A DNA stretch of 64,000 nucleotides from Podarcis bocagei (Eukaryota): assembly GCA_964188305.1 (NCBI GenBank), contig OZ076898.1. The stretch is one strand, 5' to 3'. The notes beneath the pieces are model-generated. The model had not been told where the DNA came from. It did not search any database and saw only the letters and a list, made by a program, of their open reading frames with translations. Made by a program: the position numbers and the translations under genes. Shown in pieces: positions 1-12,660 of the stretch; positions within the stretch are counted from its first letter, which is position 1, and every line of letters starts with the position of its first letter.

Positions 1-2
1 CG

Positions 3-1015
3 GAAACAGGCCCTGACCCAGCACCTGCACAAGAGGTTATGAGCCTAGAGCTGCTTCCCGACCGCCCCATTCAGGTACAAGAAGTGGCACACCATTCCAA
101 GAAAGATAGGGTCATCTCCCGGGTCCTGGACTGGGTGTGGAGGGGATGGCCCAGCAGCAGCCCCGGGCCAGAATTCGCCGGCTACACAACCCGCAAACAT
201 GAACTGTCGGCCCACAAGGGGTGCCTGTTATGGGGAAGCAGGGTCGTTGTTCCCCAGCCCCTCCGCAAAAGGGTCCTCACAGCCCTACACGAGACACACC
301 CAGGGGTAGTAAGAATGAAGGCCCTTGCCAGGAGTTACGTGTGGTGGCCAGGGATCGACGGAGAGATAGAGGCCTGGGTCAAACACTGCCAGGCCTGCCA
401 AGAATCCCGCCCAGATCCCCCAAGGGCCCCAGTCCAGTCCTGGGAGTCCGCCCGAGCACCATGGTCACGCCTGCATGTGGACTTCGCTGGCCCCTTTCAG
501 GGGAAAACATTCTTCATAGTGGTGGACTCCTACACCAAATGGCTGGAAGTCGCACTGGTACCGTCCACTTCTACGTCCGCAGCCATCCGGGTACTACGCA
601 GGCTGTTTGCAACCCACGGGCTCCCTGACACTCTCGTCTCAGACAACGGGACTGCATTTACGTTTGGAGAATTCCAAACCTTCACAGCACAGAACGCCAT
701 CCGCCACATCCGTTCGGCGCCATTCCACCCTGCCACCAATGGCCAAGCAGAACGCATGGTGCGGACCACCAAGGACACCCTCTGCCACATGACCCAAGGG
801 GATTGGGAGTACCGCCTTGCCACATTCCTCCTAGCACAGCACAGCACCCCCAGCTCAATGACTGGCCGGAGCCCTGCTGAACTACTAATGGGTCGGCACC
901 TTGCAATCAGATTAGACCGCCTTCACCCCGATAGAGCTCAGGATGAGGTAGTGGTGGGGGAAGGCAGGAACCCCCGGACCTTCGAGGCCCAGGACCCAGT
1001 GTACGCAAAGAATTT
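3..1015 (+). mobile_element. Ty3/Gypsy LTR retrotransposon pol, integrase region (5' part outside window); interrupted after 1015
   Basis: Frame open from base 3 through ORF 39..1031. HHCC zinc-binding motif (LHETHPG...CQAC) and catalytic core DFAGP / SDNG / GQAER. Confidence 0.95.
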
Positions 1016-3083
1016 GGTTGTTGTTTTTTAAATGATATTTTATTAAAGTTTCCAAATTATAACAAAACAAATGAAAAAATAAAATAAAAAAAACATAGAA
1101 AATAGAAACAGTTAAAAACACATTAATTTTCGTAACATATCTTCATACATTATTTCCCCAGACCTCCTCATCCCTCCCTTTTTTGTATTCCAGTTCAATT
1201 TGTTAGTTCAGCAAATCCTTACCATCAAGTTTTTGCCCTATTCTAATCTTTCATTACATTACCTTACTCTATTCTCCTCATTGTCTTATAAAAAACCTTA
1301 ACCTAAAGCTTATTTTTGATAATTTCTCTTAACCGTTATATTCTTTCCTAATCCCTTAAACTTTTATACCAGAGCCAAGCAATTTCATTTCATGCATCCT
1401 TCTAATATTCATCAATTATATAAAATTGTCCTAATAACAAAAGATAAAAGTCTTCATCCAACGTCCCTTCCCCCAGGTCCCGGGTTTGTCAGTCCATTTA
1501 TCCCATTAAGCTGGCACATTAACCTGGTGATCTTATATCCGAGGCTCTTAAATCCCTTCCATGTCCCTTCCACTGTTTTTCTTCATGTTTTCTTTTCACA
1601 CGTGTGGTCTCCAATTTAATAATGCTTTTACCTCCTTCAAACCAAAAGGTCCCTTTTCCACAGTCCAAACTGAGCTCCATGTAGTACTTAAATGCATGTT
1701 TCAAAGTCCCTCCAAAATTTGGGATCCCCATATCTCCAAGCCTCTCACAATCCACTACCACACTCGGAAAGTCCTTATGTCCCTGTTCAGGGGGGTCAAT
1801 CCAACCCCCCATTTCCAGTCCAGTCGAAACTTCATCTTTCCGAGTCTGATTTTTACGAAAGTCAATTGCCAATTCCAAAGGTTCATGTTCCTGCAGGGCC
1901 ACAACCTCCATCTGTGGCTCCATTTCTGACTCCCAAAGTTCAGCAGAATCTTCTTCTTTCCTCTGTTCTGACAAGGCACAGTCCTGGTATAATTCCTGGG
2001 TAAACTCCATACTTTTTTCTACTGCCTGTCCAAGATTTCCCACAGTCTGCTTAAGATTTCCAACCAAATCAGTCATCAAATTCATTCCCTCATGAATTTC
2101 TTCCAGTAAAGCATTTGTTTTGAGAAAAGCACACAACATTTCTGAGCACATTGTCCTTCAAGGTCACCACTCAATTCCCACGGGTTATACTGTAGCGGCT
2201 GGAAATTCCCTAGTTACAGTTTCACTATCCCCCCCTAGAGGGAAAACTTCTGTTACAAATTACAAATCCAGCCCCAAAGTTTCTTTTACTTTTAGATACT
2301 TTGTCTATCGTTGTTATTTTTAAGTTGCAAAAAAAAGACAGTGAAATTCCAGTTTTTTCCCTTCTTTTAGCTATCTGTCAAACAGCTTCTGTCCTGGTCA
2401 ATGAGCTTCAAACGTCAATCCTGACACCCCGCTCCCTGGGTCAGGACGGTGGAAAATTACTTTATTTTAAACTTACTTCTGCAGGTTAAAACAGTTCAAA
2501 GAAAGCACCCCCTTCTCCTCCTGCTACCTAAGGGGGGGTTCAGCTATTTTAGGCGATGAAATCCGCTCCTTTAAAATGATTTTCAAGACTCCAGTTTACT
2601 TTGTCTTTGCTTTGTTCCGACTACAGAAAAACGGAAGGTTGACTTCCTGTTAGACCTTCCGTTTCAGTGCCGAATTGTAATGAATTTTGAGCCCGATTCC
2701 TTTCTTTCCTGATTCCTTGAATTGTGAATCGATTTTCCAAGGTTTAGGTACTCACGATGGTTGTTTTTTTAGAATCCAAATTGTCCAGGAAGAAGGCAGC
2801 GCTCCCCGGCAGCGGCTGTGCGGCTTCGCTCCACGGAAATAGCGGTAGACTCTCAGCACCGCGCCACTTCCTCCTCTTCACTTCGGAGCCCATTATTGGG
2901 TTCCTTTGCGGGTTGGGGGGCGCTAAGGGTGCCCGCCGAGTCCCAAGGTCACAGGCTTCATCCGCCTGTGATTTCTAAAGGGTCCCCGCTTTGCCGTAGC
3001 GGGAAAGACCCGTTTCTCGCGGAGCTTGTCCCTCCGTTTCAGAGGGAGTCCGCCATTGCCAGTGGCGCCACCCCGGAAGTCCT
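1016..3083 (-). mobile_element. Non-autonomous L1-like retroposon (HAL1 / half-L1 architecture), both ends intact
   Basis: 21-bp TSD cccagtgtacgcaaagaattt at 995-1015 and 3084-3104. Minus-strand 5' end GGACTTCCGGGGTGGCGCCACTGGCAATGGCGG. AATAAA (1039-1044) and an A-rich tail at the 3' end. One ORF, no EN or RT motifs. Confidence 0.8.
1519..2151 (-). CDS. 210-aa ORF of the non-autonomous retroposon; coiled-coil-like N-terminus, possibly L1 ORF1-related
   Basis: Longest ORF on the element's sense strand, after a ~930-nt leader. Heptad-like stretch LLEEIHEGMNLMTDLVGNLKQTVGNLGQAVEKSMEFTQEL. ORF1 homology is inferred from position only. Confidence 0.45.
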   Translation of the reverse strand: MCSEMLCAFLKTNALLEEIHEGMNLMTDLVGNLKQTVGNLGQAVEKSMEFTQELYQDCALSEQRKEEDSAELWESEMEPQMEVVALQEHEPLELAIDFRKNQTRKDEVSTGLEMGGWIDPPEQGHKDFPSVVVDCERLGDMGIPNFGGTLKHAFKYYMELSLDCGKGTFWFEGGKSIIKLETTRVKRKHEEKQWKGHGRDLRASDIRSPG

Positions 3084-3558
3084 CCCAGTGTACGCAAAGA
3101 ATTTTGGGGCAGGCCCAGCATGGGTACCTGCCACAGTCACCAGCGTCACTGGCCCCATGTTGTTCGAGGTGCTAACGGATGGGGGGCAATGCTGGCGCCG
3201 CCACTGCGACCAGATACAGCGACGATTCCCAGGAGAAAACCAGAAGGAGGACAGGTCAGAGGAGTCCCAAGGGAACAGTGGGGCAATGAGGCCCATAGAA
3301 CAGGAGGAGCCAGCAGGAGAGGCAGAATCAGTAAATACAGAGAGGACCTGCGAGGCGGAAAGGTCACCGGAACCAGAACCATGACTGAGCGAGCCGGTTG
3401 CACCAGACCAAACAGCCCCATCACAGCCAGCATCCTTGGAACACGAGCCAGAACCTGAACCCCGGACCAAGGAACACCCCAGGCCGCAACGCACATGTAG
3501 GCCGCCGGCGTACCTCGAGGACTATGAATGCGACCTCCCGGGCAGGACTGGAACTTAG
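3084..3558 (+). mobile_element. Gypsy pol C-terminus, continuation after the insertion
   Basis: Removing the insert and one TSD copy restores the frame (DPVYAKN/FGAGPAWVPATV...WRRHCDQI). One in-frame TGA at 3382-3384, then RPQRTCRPPAYLEDY, a typical Gypsy pol C-terminal motif, to TAG at 3556-3558. Confidence 0.88.
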
Positions 3559-3568
3559 AGGGGAGGGG

Positions 3569-3896
3569 TGTTATGTACTGAGTTGAATAGGATCCAAACT
3601 GCAGCAGTCTGATTGGTCCTAGAACAATAGGATTCAGAATGCAGCAGTCTGATTGGTCCTAGAACAATGCAGCAGTATGACTGGTCGACAGGAACCACCC
3701 AATCATGCTGCAGATAGAAGTGAATCCACAACCTGATTGGCCTACAGGAGAATTCCGGAATTAGCCAATCACGTGCAGCCCATTGTGTAAATAATGTATA
3801 TAAGCAGATACTTTGAGGGGACTTTCATTCTTCCTCCTCACCACTATGAGCGGAATAAAGAGCATGAAATCACTTTGCGACTCTGAGTATATTTCA
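3569..3896 (+). mobile_element. Gypsy 3' LTR
   Basis: Polypurine tract agaggggagggg (3557-3568) directly before TGTTATG; ends ...tatttCA. Internal tandem repeats with CCAAT/ATTGG boxes, TATATAA near 3797, AATAAA at 3854-3859. Confidence 0.88.
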
Positions 3897-4013
3897 GTCA
3901 TGCTGGCCACATGACCCGGAAGCTGTACACCGGCTCCCTCGGCCAATAAAGCGAGATGAGTGCCGCAACTGGACTGGACGTAACGGTCAGGGGTCCCTTT
4001 ACCTTTACCTTTT
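3897..4013 (+). mobile_element. Sauria SINE 3' half (host of the Gypsy insertion)
   Basis: gtcatgctggccacatgacccggaag...(ACCTTT)n tail matches the 3' half of the full copy at 48689-49052. Confidence 0.85.
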
Positions 4014-4390
4014 ATGCACACCATGAAAGTAAAGCACACTGGCAGCCCTGCAAACATTCATGGCTAAAGAGGGACTCCTACTTCCCGCCCCCAGAGCTAC
4101 CATTTCCACAGAGGCTTAACCAGGGTCTTGCTCACCACTCAGCAACTACAGCTCCCAGAATTCTCTAGGAGAAGCCATGACTGTTTGAAGCAGTATAAAA
4201 GCACTTTAAAAGTATGGTGAGAATGTGGCCTGCAAGCTCTGTAATCAGGCCACAGAATGGCAGGAGGAGCCCACAAAAGGGAAAAAGAAAAACACATCTG
4301 CTAAATTGGTGAGGAAGAAGGGGGCAACGGTGGGGGAAAGGAGGAGGAGGAGGAGACCCCTTTGCCAAGTAACGCACAGCTCATACTTAC

Positions 4391-4483
4391 GTTGGTGAAG
4401 AAGAAGAGGACGCCCGTGAAGAGTGTGACAATCTCCCCGGCGAGACGCAGATAGTCGGTGGTGGTGGTGTACGGGTACGGGGG
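4391..4483 (-). CDS. TRPV4: TRPV4 exon 9 (S1-S2 loop and S2)
   Basis: 93 bp, tgtag| ... |gtaagt; [31 protein letters not shown]. Missed by the ORF track. Confidence 0.96.
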
Positions 4484-5811
4484 CTACAGAGGGGAATAGA
4501 CAGTGCTGAGAGGCTGTGCCGAAAGACACCTGCTAAGCACACAGCAATGGCCACGCTCCAACGGGATGGCCAGCTTCAGCATGTTGCCTTCCCAACAGCA
4601 GCTGGGTAAAGAGCACCTCTGGGAAGGTCACAAGGTGATGGAAGGGACTCGTGGGGTCATCTAGTCCAACCCCCTGCAATGCAGGAATCTCAGCTGAAGA
4701 ATCTCTGGCCACCCAACCTTTGCTTAGAAACCTCCAAGGAAGTAGAGTCCTCCACCTTCCAAGGGAGTCTGTTCCACTCTTGAGCAGCTCTTAACCTCCT
4801 TAATGCTTTCTTGTAACTTGAAGGCATTGGTTTGAGCACCCCGCTCCAGAGCAGGAGAAAGTGATCTCCCTCCCTCTTCCCTGGGACAGCCCTTGAGATA
4901 TCGGAAGATGGCTTTCGTGATGCTCATGTGATGGAAACAGCTCCCCCTGCCTCACTCTCAATCCCAAGTGTCAAATCAATGGAGGTGGGTTGTCTTTGAA
5001 CCCGGAGGTGCCATTCTTACCCTATCCATAGATACAATGTCTAATACAGACTTGTTTTATAAGTCAGAGTTTATTCATTGGTGATTTATTTATCTATCCT
5101 GAGCTTGACCCTCTCCAGGGAACTTACAAACTTGTGAGGTAAGTCACACACATACACACCCTCCCTGTCCCTTTGAACCCACGTCTCTCTGTGCTGGAGC
5201 TGCTGCACTAAACTAGGGTGTTTAATTAGCAAGGCCAATTAGGAGCCCATTGCTTGCCTCCCTTAAGCCTGAGGGGCTTCCTCCATTTCACTCAACTCCA
5301 ATACTTCCCCCGCTCCAAGTTAAAGAAGCATTTAGAGATTATAGACTCATAGCATGATGGAATTGTAGACTTCGAAGGAAACCCAAAGGTCCCCTAGTCC
5401 ACCCCCCTGAAATGCAGGGCTGAACAGCTTTTTCACTCCCGATCACTACTTTTCTTGCGGAATTGCCAGACTGAAGTTCTGGGTATAAATAAAGCAAGCT
5501 GATAAGTCACGGGTTCCTCATTATTTACCATGTTCATAGAATCATAGAATAGAATCATAGAGTTGGAAGAGACCACAAGGGCCATCGAGTCCAACCCCCT
5601 GCCAAGCAAATGCCTGATCAAAGCAAATCACTGCACGTTTACCAATCTCTTACCAGCCCCAGCACAGCACATAAGTTTTTTGCTAGGGCATCATGGGAAC
5701 TGAAAATGGGAGGCTGCGCCCCAAACCTCAGAACCCTAATTTAAATCACAGCCACTCTGCCCCGCTCGGCAGCCTTCGTGAGCTCCATGGTGGAGTGGGT
5801 GCAGTACTCAC

Positions 5812-5970
5812 AGTGCCCTCCAGGGGGCGGTAGTAGGCCACCATGGTGAAGATGATCATGGCACAGAGGTAGGAGACCACGCTGATGTAGAATGAAACGG
5901 CCCCAAACTTTCGCCACTTGTCCCGAAGCAGCTCGTTGATGGGCTCTACGGCCAACATTTCGTGGCGGTT
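5812..5970 (-). CDS. TRPV4: TRPV4 exon 8 (pre-S1 and S1)
   Basis: 159 bp, cgcag| ... |gtgagt; [53 protein letters not shown]. Confidence 0.97.
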
Positions 5971-6027
5971 CTGCGGGGAGAGGGGCCCGGTGAACAAAGA
6001 TGGCGGCAGCCCCCGCTTGCCCCATCA

Positions 6028-6288
<261 letters not shown>

Positions 6289-7182
6289 TCAGGCAGATGA
6301 CGGGAAGGCCCTCCCCTCGCAGCGCAGAGCTGAACTGCGGAACTCCCTCCTACAGGAGGCAGCCATGTCCACCAACGTGGAAAGGCACCCCAATTGCAGG
6401 ACATCCTCTGGGACCTGAAACGGAAGATTCAGGACAGGGAAAGAAAGGGCTCCTTCACCATGCATAGTTAAGCTCTGGAGCTCGCTTCTGCAGGAGACCA
6501 CGATGGCTTTGGACGGGGAGTGGAAAAATCCATGGGAGAGAAAGCTATGGGTGGCAATCAGCTGGGAAAGCCAGCTGGAAGAAAAATGTCTTCAGCTGTT
6601 TCCAGAAGGTGGGAGCCTGTCCTGCCTCAACAGGGATGCTGTTCTAGACCAGCCAGACTACAAGTCCTGCCCCCATGACGGCCAGGGCTGATGGGAATTG
6701 TGTTTGAAGGGTGCCTGGGCTGGAAGGCAGATACTCCCCAGGGTCTCTGGCCGAAAGAGGCCCCTTTCTGTCACCCGCCCGCTCAGAAGCTCCTCTTCCC
6801 TGGAGATGCTACCTGGGCAGCCCACCTGCTCTCGTGTGGAGCCTCCCTACACCCTCTAAGTCGCTCAGGACTTTAGGCACGGCTCCCCCCATGATTATTT
6901 TAATTTAATTTATTTATTTCATAAAAGTTATATACCCCATGACTGTCAAAGCAAACCCTCAAAGTGGTTTACAAAAAGAATGAAACAAAAAAATTAGCAG
7001 GAAAAGGATTTAAATACAGCAGATTTAAATATTCAAAAAGTAATTCAAATCAGTGATAAGCTAAAAAACAAACAAACCAGATGCCAACATTCCCCATATC
7101 CAGGGAGACTTGTCTAAACAAAAATATTTTTGTCAGGAACTGAAAAGAGTGGCATGAAGATGCCTGCTGGAATCCATAGTCA

Positions 7183-7854
<672 letters not shown>

Positions 7855-8882
7855 TTAACAGAGGTTGGGTGACTGTTGGTCAGCAATTCCTTAGCTGTGA
7901 CTCCCGCACTGCAGGGGTTGGGCTAGACGACCCTTAGGGTCCCCCTTCCAACTCTACAATTGTATGATTCTATGGAAAAGAGAAAGACAACCAAATCAGT
8001 CAGAGAGCACTCTGCTTCCAGGGCTGCTGGATGGATGTGTCTCCACAAAGCCTGGGTGGAAAAGGGGCCCCTGGCCTTTGGGTGTTGCAATGCACAGAGG
8101 CTCCACCACTCTTGCAAGAGCCAACTGACTTTTATGGGGGGGGTGCCTGTTTCTTAAAATTCTCACTCACTGAATGCACCCCCTCCTTGAATGCTTACAA
8201 GGGCGCACTTGAGGTCTTTCCCTGACACCCACAAATCTTCTGAAATCATTCCCTTTGCTCCCTTGGTGGTGAGAGGGTGATCTTCCCACTCCTAAACACA
8301 AGAGCATCAGCAGAGTCTGCTGGGCCAGCCAAAGGAGCCTCAACTGGGCCAGCACCTGTCCTCACAGTGGCCGACCAGGTGCCTCTTCTGGACCTGAGGA
8401 CAAGAGCCCCCTGCCCACTGCTGTGGAGAAGCATGGCTGGCGCTGGCTCCAGAGCAGAGGCAGAGCAGAGCCACTGGGGCTAGGAGCCATCAAGAGCCAT
8501 CACCTCCTCCAAGAATGTGTCTCATCCCCTTTCACAGCCATCCAAGTTGGTGGCCATCACCGACTCCGATGGCAGGGAGTTCCCTAGTTGACGGATCCAA
8601 TGGCACTTGCTTAAAATCCAAATGTGCCCCTGGCAAAACTTGTCCTCCTCGGTGCCCCTGTCTGCCTCCAGATCTCCTGTCTCCAGGCACCTAAATGCAC
8701 CTCCATCTCCAGTTAACCCGACCTACAACATCTGTAGGTGTGGTTTGTTCTCCTCATTCTGCCATGCCTTTCTCTCCACCTCTCTTGTGTTCTCTGCTGG
8801 AAAAAGAATCAGATTGCAAGCTCCTCTTTTATATGCTTTTGCAAAAAGAACAACATTCATGAGCAGCAGCAGCAGAGAATCA

Positions 8883-9143
<261 letters not shown>

Positions 9144-9675
9144 CTAGTCGCTGCCAAGCCTGTGGCCCCTCTAACATGTTTCCTTGCGATTCCGCCACAA
9201 ATCAGACCCGTGTGCCACCGCCTGGTCAATTCAGCTCACTTGGAATCTCGCCTGCCAGCGGTAGGTGTGGCCAGAGGGGAAAGTGGGTGGAGCATGAGGT
9301 GTGGCCCCCCTGCCTGCCTTTGTTTATATGGCTCAGTACCCCAGTACCTCAAGGACCAGCTCAGCTCATGCAAACCAGCCCAGAGCCTGTGCTCATCACC
9401 TGAGGCCCTGCTCCGTGTGGCAAGACAAGAACGGGGTCTTTTCAGTGGTTGCTCCCTCCTTGCAGAATGCTCTCCCTGGGGAGGCTTGCCTGGCGCCATC
9501 ATTACAAATCTTTAAGTGCCAGGCCTTCCTGCGTGGGTGGGATGTTTTAGCGTAGACTGGAGTTTGTTTTTTGATGCTGGCTTTAATGTATATATGTGCT
9601 TGTTTTTTGCTTAAAATATTATAAGTCGGTTTGAGTTTCTGTGGCAAGAAAAGTGATTGATAAATTTAATAAATA

Positions 9676-9917
9676 CAGTGGTACCTCAGGTTAAGTACTT
9701 TATTCATTCTGGAGGGCTGTTTTTAACCTGAAACTGTTCTTAACTTGAAGCACCACTTTAGCCAATGGGGCTTCCCGCTGCTTCCGCACCGCTGGAGCCC
9801 GATTTCTGTTCTTATCCTGAAGCAAAGTTCTTAACCCGAGGTACTATTTCTGGGTTACCGGAGTCTGTAACCTGAATCGTCTGTAACCTGAAGCGTCTGT
9901 AACCTGAGATACCACTG
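9676..9917. mobile_element. Tc1/mariner (Tigger/pogo-like) MITE
   Basis: Terminal inverted repeats cagtggtacctcaggtta / taacctgagataccactg, flanked by TA on both sides. Confidence 0.85.
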
Positions 9918-10253
9918 TAATAATAATAGTGTTCATTTAAAAACAAACAAACAAGTTTCTGGCTCTCAGGACTGAGAAGCCCAGAAAGAAGTGCCTGGCG
10001 GAATCTCAGGGCTGGGCGTTCAGCTCTTTCTCACTCTCCTTGGATAGCAGAACCAAAGTAAAAAGATGGGGAAAAGGAGCCTGTAGAGAACTGGCTTGAC
10101 CAGGACTCAAGCATGGGACTGAGGCCCCTTGGACAATCATTTCAAGGTGGGATTGAGGCCAAGCTCACTGCAGTCGCCAGGCACAGTCCCCAGTGCCCAC
10201 CTTGGAGCAGCTGCCTCCCCCCCCAACTGCTCCTGCCAGAGTCCCCCTCCCAC

Positions 10254-10406
10254 CTCGGTAGTAGACATCCCGGAAGGGCGAGTTGATGAACTCCCGCATG
10301 CTGCCTGTCTTCTCCGCGATGTCCAGCAGGAATGGGATGGTGTCGTTCTTGCCATTGTTGAGGTTCAGCAGGGCCTTTGGGAGGCAGGTCTTGCCAGTGG
10401 AGGGTT
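10254..10406 (-). CDS. TRPV4: TRPV4 exon 4 (ankyrin repeat)
   Basis: 153 bp, cccag| ... |gtggga; [51 protein letters not shown]. Confidence 0.97.
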
Positions 10407-11291
10407 CTGGGTGGGAGCAGGGAGGGATGGACAGAACAGGATGTGGCATCACAGACAAGGAGCTCAGCAATTACTCCTTTACAATGTTCACCTCTCAACG
10501 TTTCACCAAGGAGCTCAGGGCAGTGTATGTTGTTACCCCCCACCTTCTATTTTTAACTTCACAGCAGACCTGTGAGGTAGTCTGAGAGACAGTGGCTGGC
10601 CCAAGTTCACCTTGTAACCTTTGAGTGAGTGGGGTTTTGAACCCAGGTCTCTCCAACCCTCATCAGGAACTGTAGACACTCTCCAGTCGCTTTCTAGCAG
10701 TAAGAGTCATTTGACAATGGAATGGTCTCCCTAGGAGGTTTTCAAACAGAGGTGGGATAGCTATCCATCAGGGATTCTTTAGCTGTGATTTCTGCATTGC
10801 CGGGGGTCGGACTCTACAATTCCAGCTCTACAATTCTATGGTTCTATATGTGCATTTGCATCACCCTATGCTGACAAACTGAGGTCCACTCCCCTCTCTT
10901 CTGCATGCTCCCCTATGCACTGAGCATGTGCAAAGCATGATGTTCCAGTGCCCTGGCTGCACATCATCAATATTGCTGGGCACGAGCAGTTAAGTGCATT
11001 CTGAGCCATATTTTTGTGTTTTAAAGCTGCTTTCTACAGCTTATATTTAAAGAGAGAAACCTAAAGCTGGACAGAATCTTGGGCTCAAGACGGACTGTGG
11101 CTGTGAAGTGAGCTGAATGAGAGCAAGGGATTGAACAGCACGACAAGGTATTTGTCAATTGTTTTGCTTTTTAAGAATTCTGATCCACCTGAGGAAATCT
11201 CATTGGAATGCTCTAAGAACAGAATGGAAGCCCTGGCTGGTGCGGCCAGTGGGGGCCCATCTCGTCCTGTTTGCACAGTGGCCACCAGGAT

Positions 11292-11340
11292 GCCCCCAAT
11301 GGGAAGCCCCCAATGGGAAGCCCCCAATGGGAAGCCCCCA
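11292..11340. repeat. 14-bp tandem repeat (gcccccaatgggaa) x3.5 inside an old interspersed repeat
   Basis: Read directly from the sequence. Confidence 0.85.
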
Positions 11341-12487
11341 AGCATCAGCAGCATCTCTGCCCTCCTGCGCCTTCCGCAAGTGGCGTTCATAGCGTCCGCT
11401 GCCTGGGACTGCCAGGGGGCTAGGAGCCATGATCCAGTAGGCTGGGTCTCTTTCTCTCTCTCCCCCCCCCCCCCCGCTGCTGGAGAAAGGTCTTTTAAAA
11501 CAAAACGAAAAACCTGCATAAACAGGGGAAGTGTCTTCGCTTCTAAAGGCAGGCACAGGCACAGACGTCTTCTGCCCCACTGTAGTCTGTGGCCAAACAG
11601 ATTTTGAAACAATTAAAAAAACAAAACAAAAACCTGGCCAACCTGTTGGGCACGAGGAGCCTCCACAGCACAACCCACAATTGATATTTGAAGCGCCGGC
11701 CATGCTCTGGAAAAGCTCCTGCCCATCTCAAGCAGAGGAGGAGAACTGAGCAGTGTGCTGTCATGTCAGTCGAAGACCCAGGAGACCCGGGTTCAAAACC
11801 TCCGCTTGGTCATGAAGCTCCCTGGGTGGCCTTGGGTGCCAGTCACTGCCTCTCGCCCAGACACACCGCACACATGCCACCTTGAGCTCCTTGGAGAAAA
11901 CAGGGGGATACAAGTCCCTGCCTTGCGGGCAATTCGACAAGGGACCCTTGGGTGCCTTTCAACACTACAATCCTGGGGTTCTATGAAATGCAATAAAATA
12001 AACAATCCTGCCACGTGTACCTCAAGGACAGGGATACCCTGCTGCCCCCCTTTCCCTTCCCTTGCCTGGGGCTGATCTACACTCATGGTTTATCATGTTA
12101 AGGAAGGGTTAAGGATTGGTTTTCGTATCACAGATGGACACATTACATTCTGCTTGTAACATTCATAATGCATTATTAAAATGAGACACCAGAGGGCGCT
12201 GCAGAGGAACCAAGAACAGACAGCTTTTAATGAAATGCTTTTAATTTACCCATATGCCCTGTGACATTTTAGAATGATATATCTAATTTCGTGCTAATAA
12301 CATTAAACAGGTCAGTGTCGATTCAGCCCTCGTCAGGCTAAAGAAGTAAGTCTGCATTTGCAGAATTCATGCCAGCCACAGGTCCCCTGCCCAGGGAGCA
12401 CCCAGCTCCCCTGGCAGCACACCTCAGCCACTGGCTGCTCAACACCCTCCTTCACCCCTGGGTGCCCCTGCCTCTCGTCCCCCTCAC

Positions 12488-12660
12488 CTCGAAACTCCTC
12501 GTCTGTCAGGCGCTTCTTGTGGGTCAGCAGGAAGGGCAGGAGCCCGTCCAGGTCAGCGGTGGAGCCCCGGGAGACGACGTCAAAGAGGATGGGCCGGTTG
12601 AACACCTTGAGGATGGGGGGCGGGTGAGGGGCAGGCCCCTTGGTGCTGGGGGGTTTCTTC
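12488..12660 (-). CDS. TRPV4: TRPV4 exon 3 (proline-rich domain and start of ankyrin domain)
   Basis: 173 bp, cccag| ... |gtgagg; [57 protein letters not shown]. Confidence 0.97.

Noticed and set aside
1455-1530. NPGP peptide (GINGLTNPGP) just downstream of the 210-aa ORF, resembling a 2A ribosome-skip motif
   Set aside because: It lacks the D(V/I)E residues of D(V/I)ExNPGP and lies in a different, short frame.
2818-3384. 188-aa plus-strand ORF
   Set aside because: It is a chimera of the antisense retroposon leader and the Gypsy pol tail, not a gene.
3590-3700. CRISPR-like spaced repeats (also 25185-25260 and 11292-11340)
   Set aside because: Vertebrate DNA with no cas genes; these are LTR-internal or simple tandem repeats without unique fixed-length spacers.
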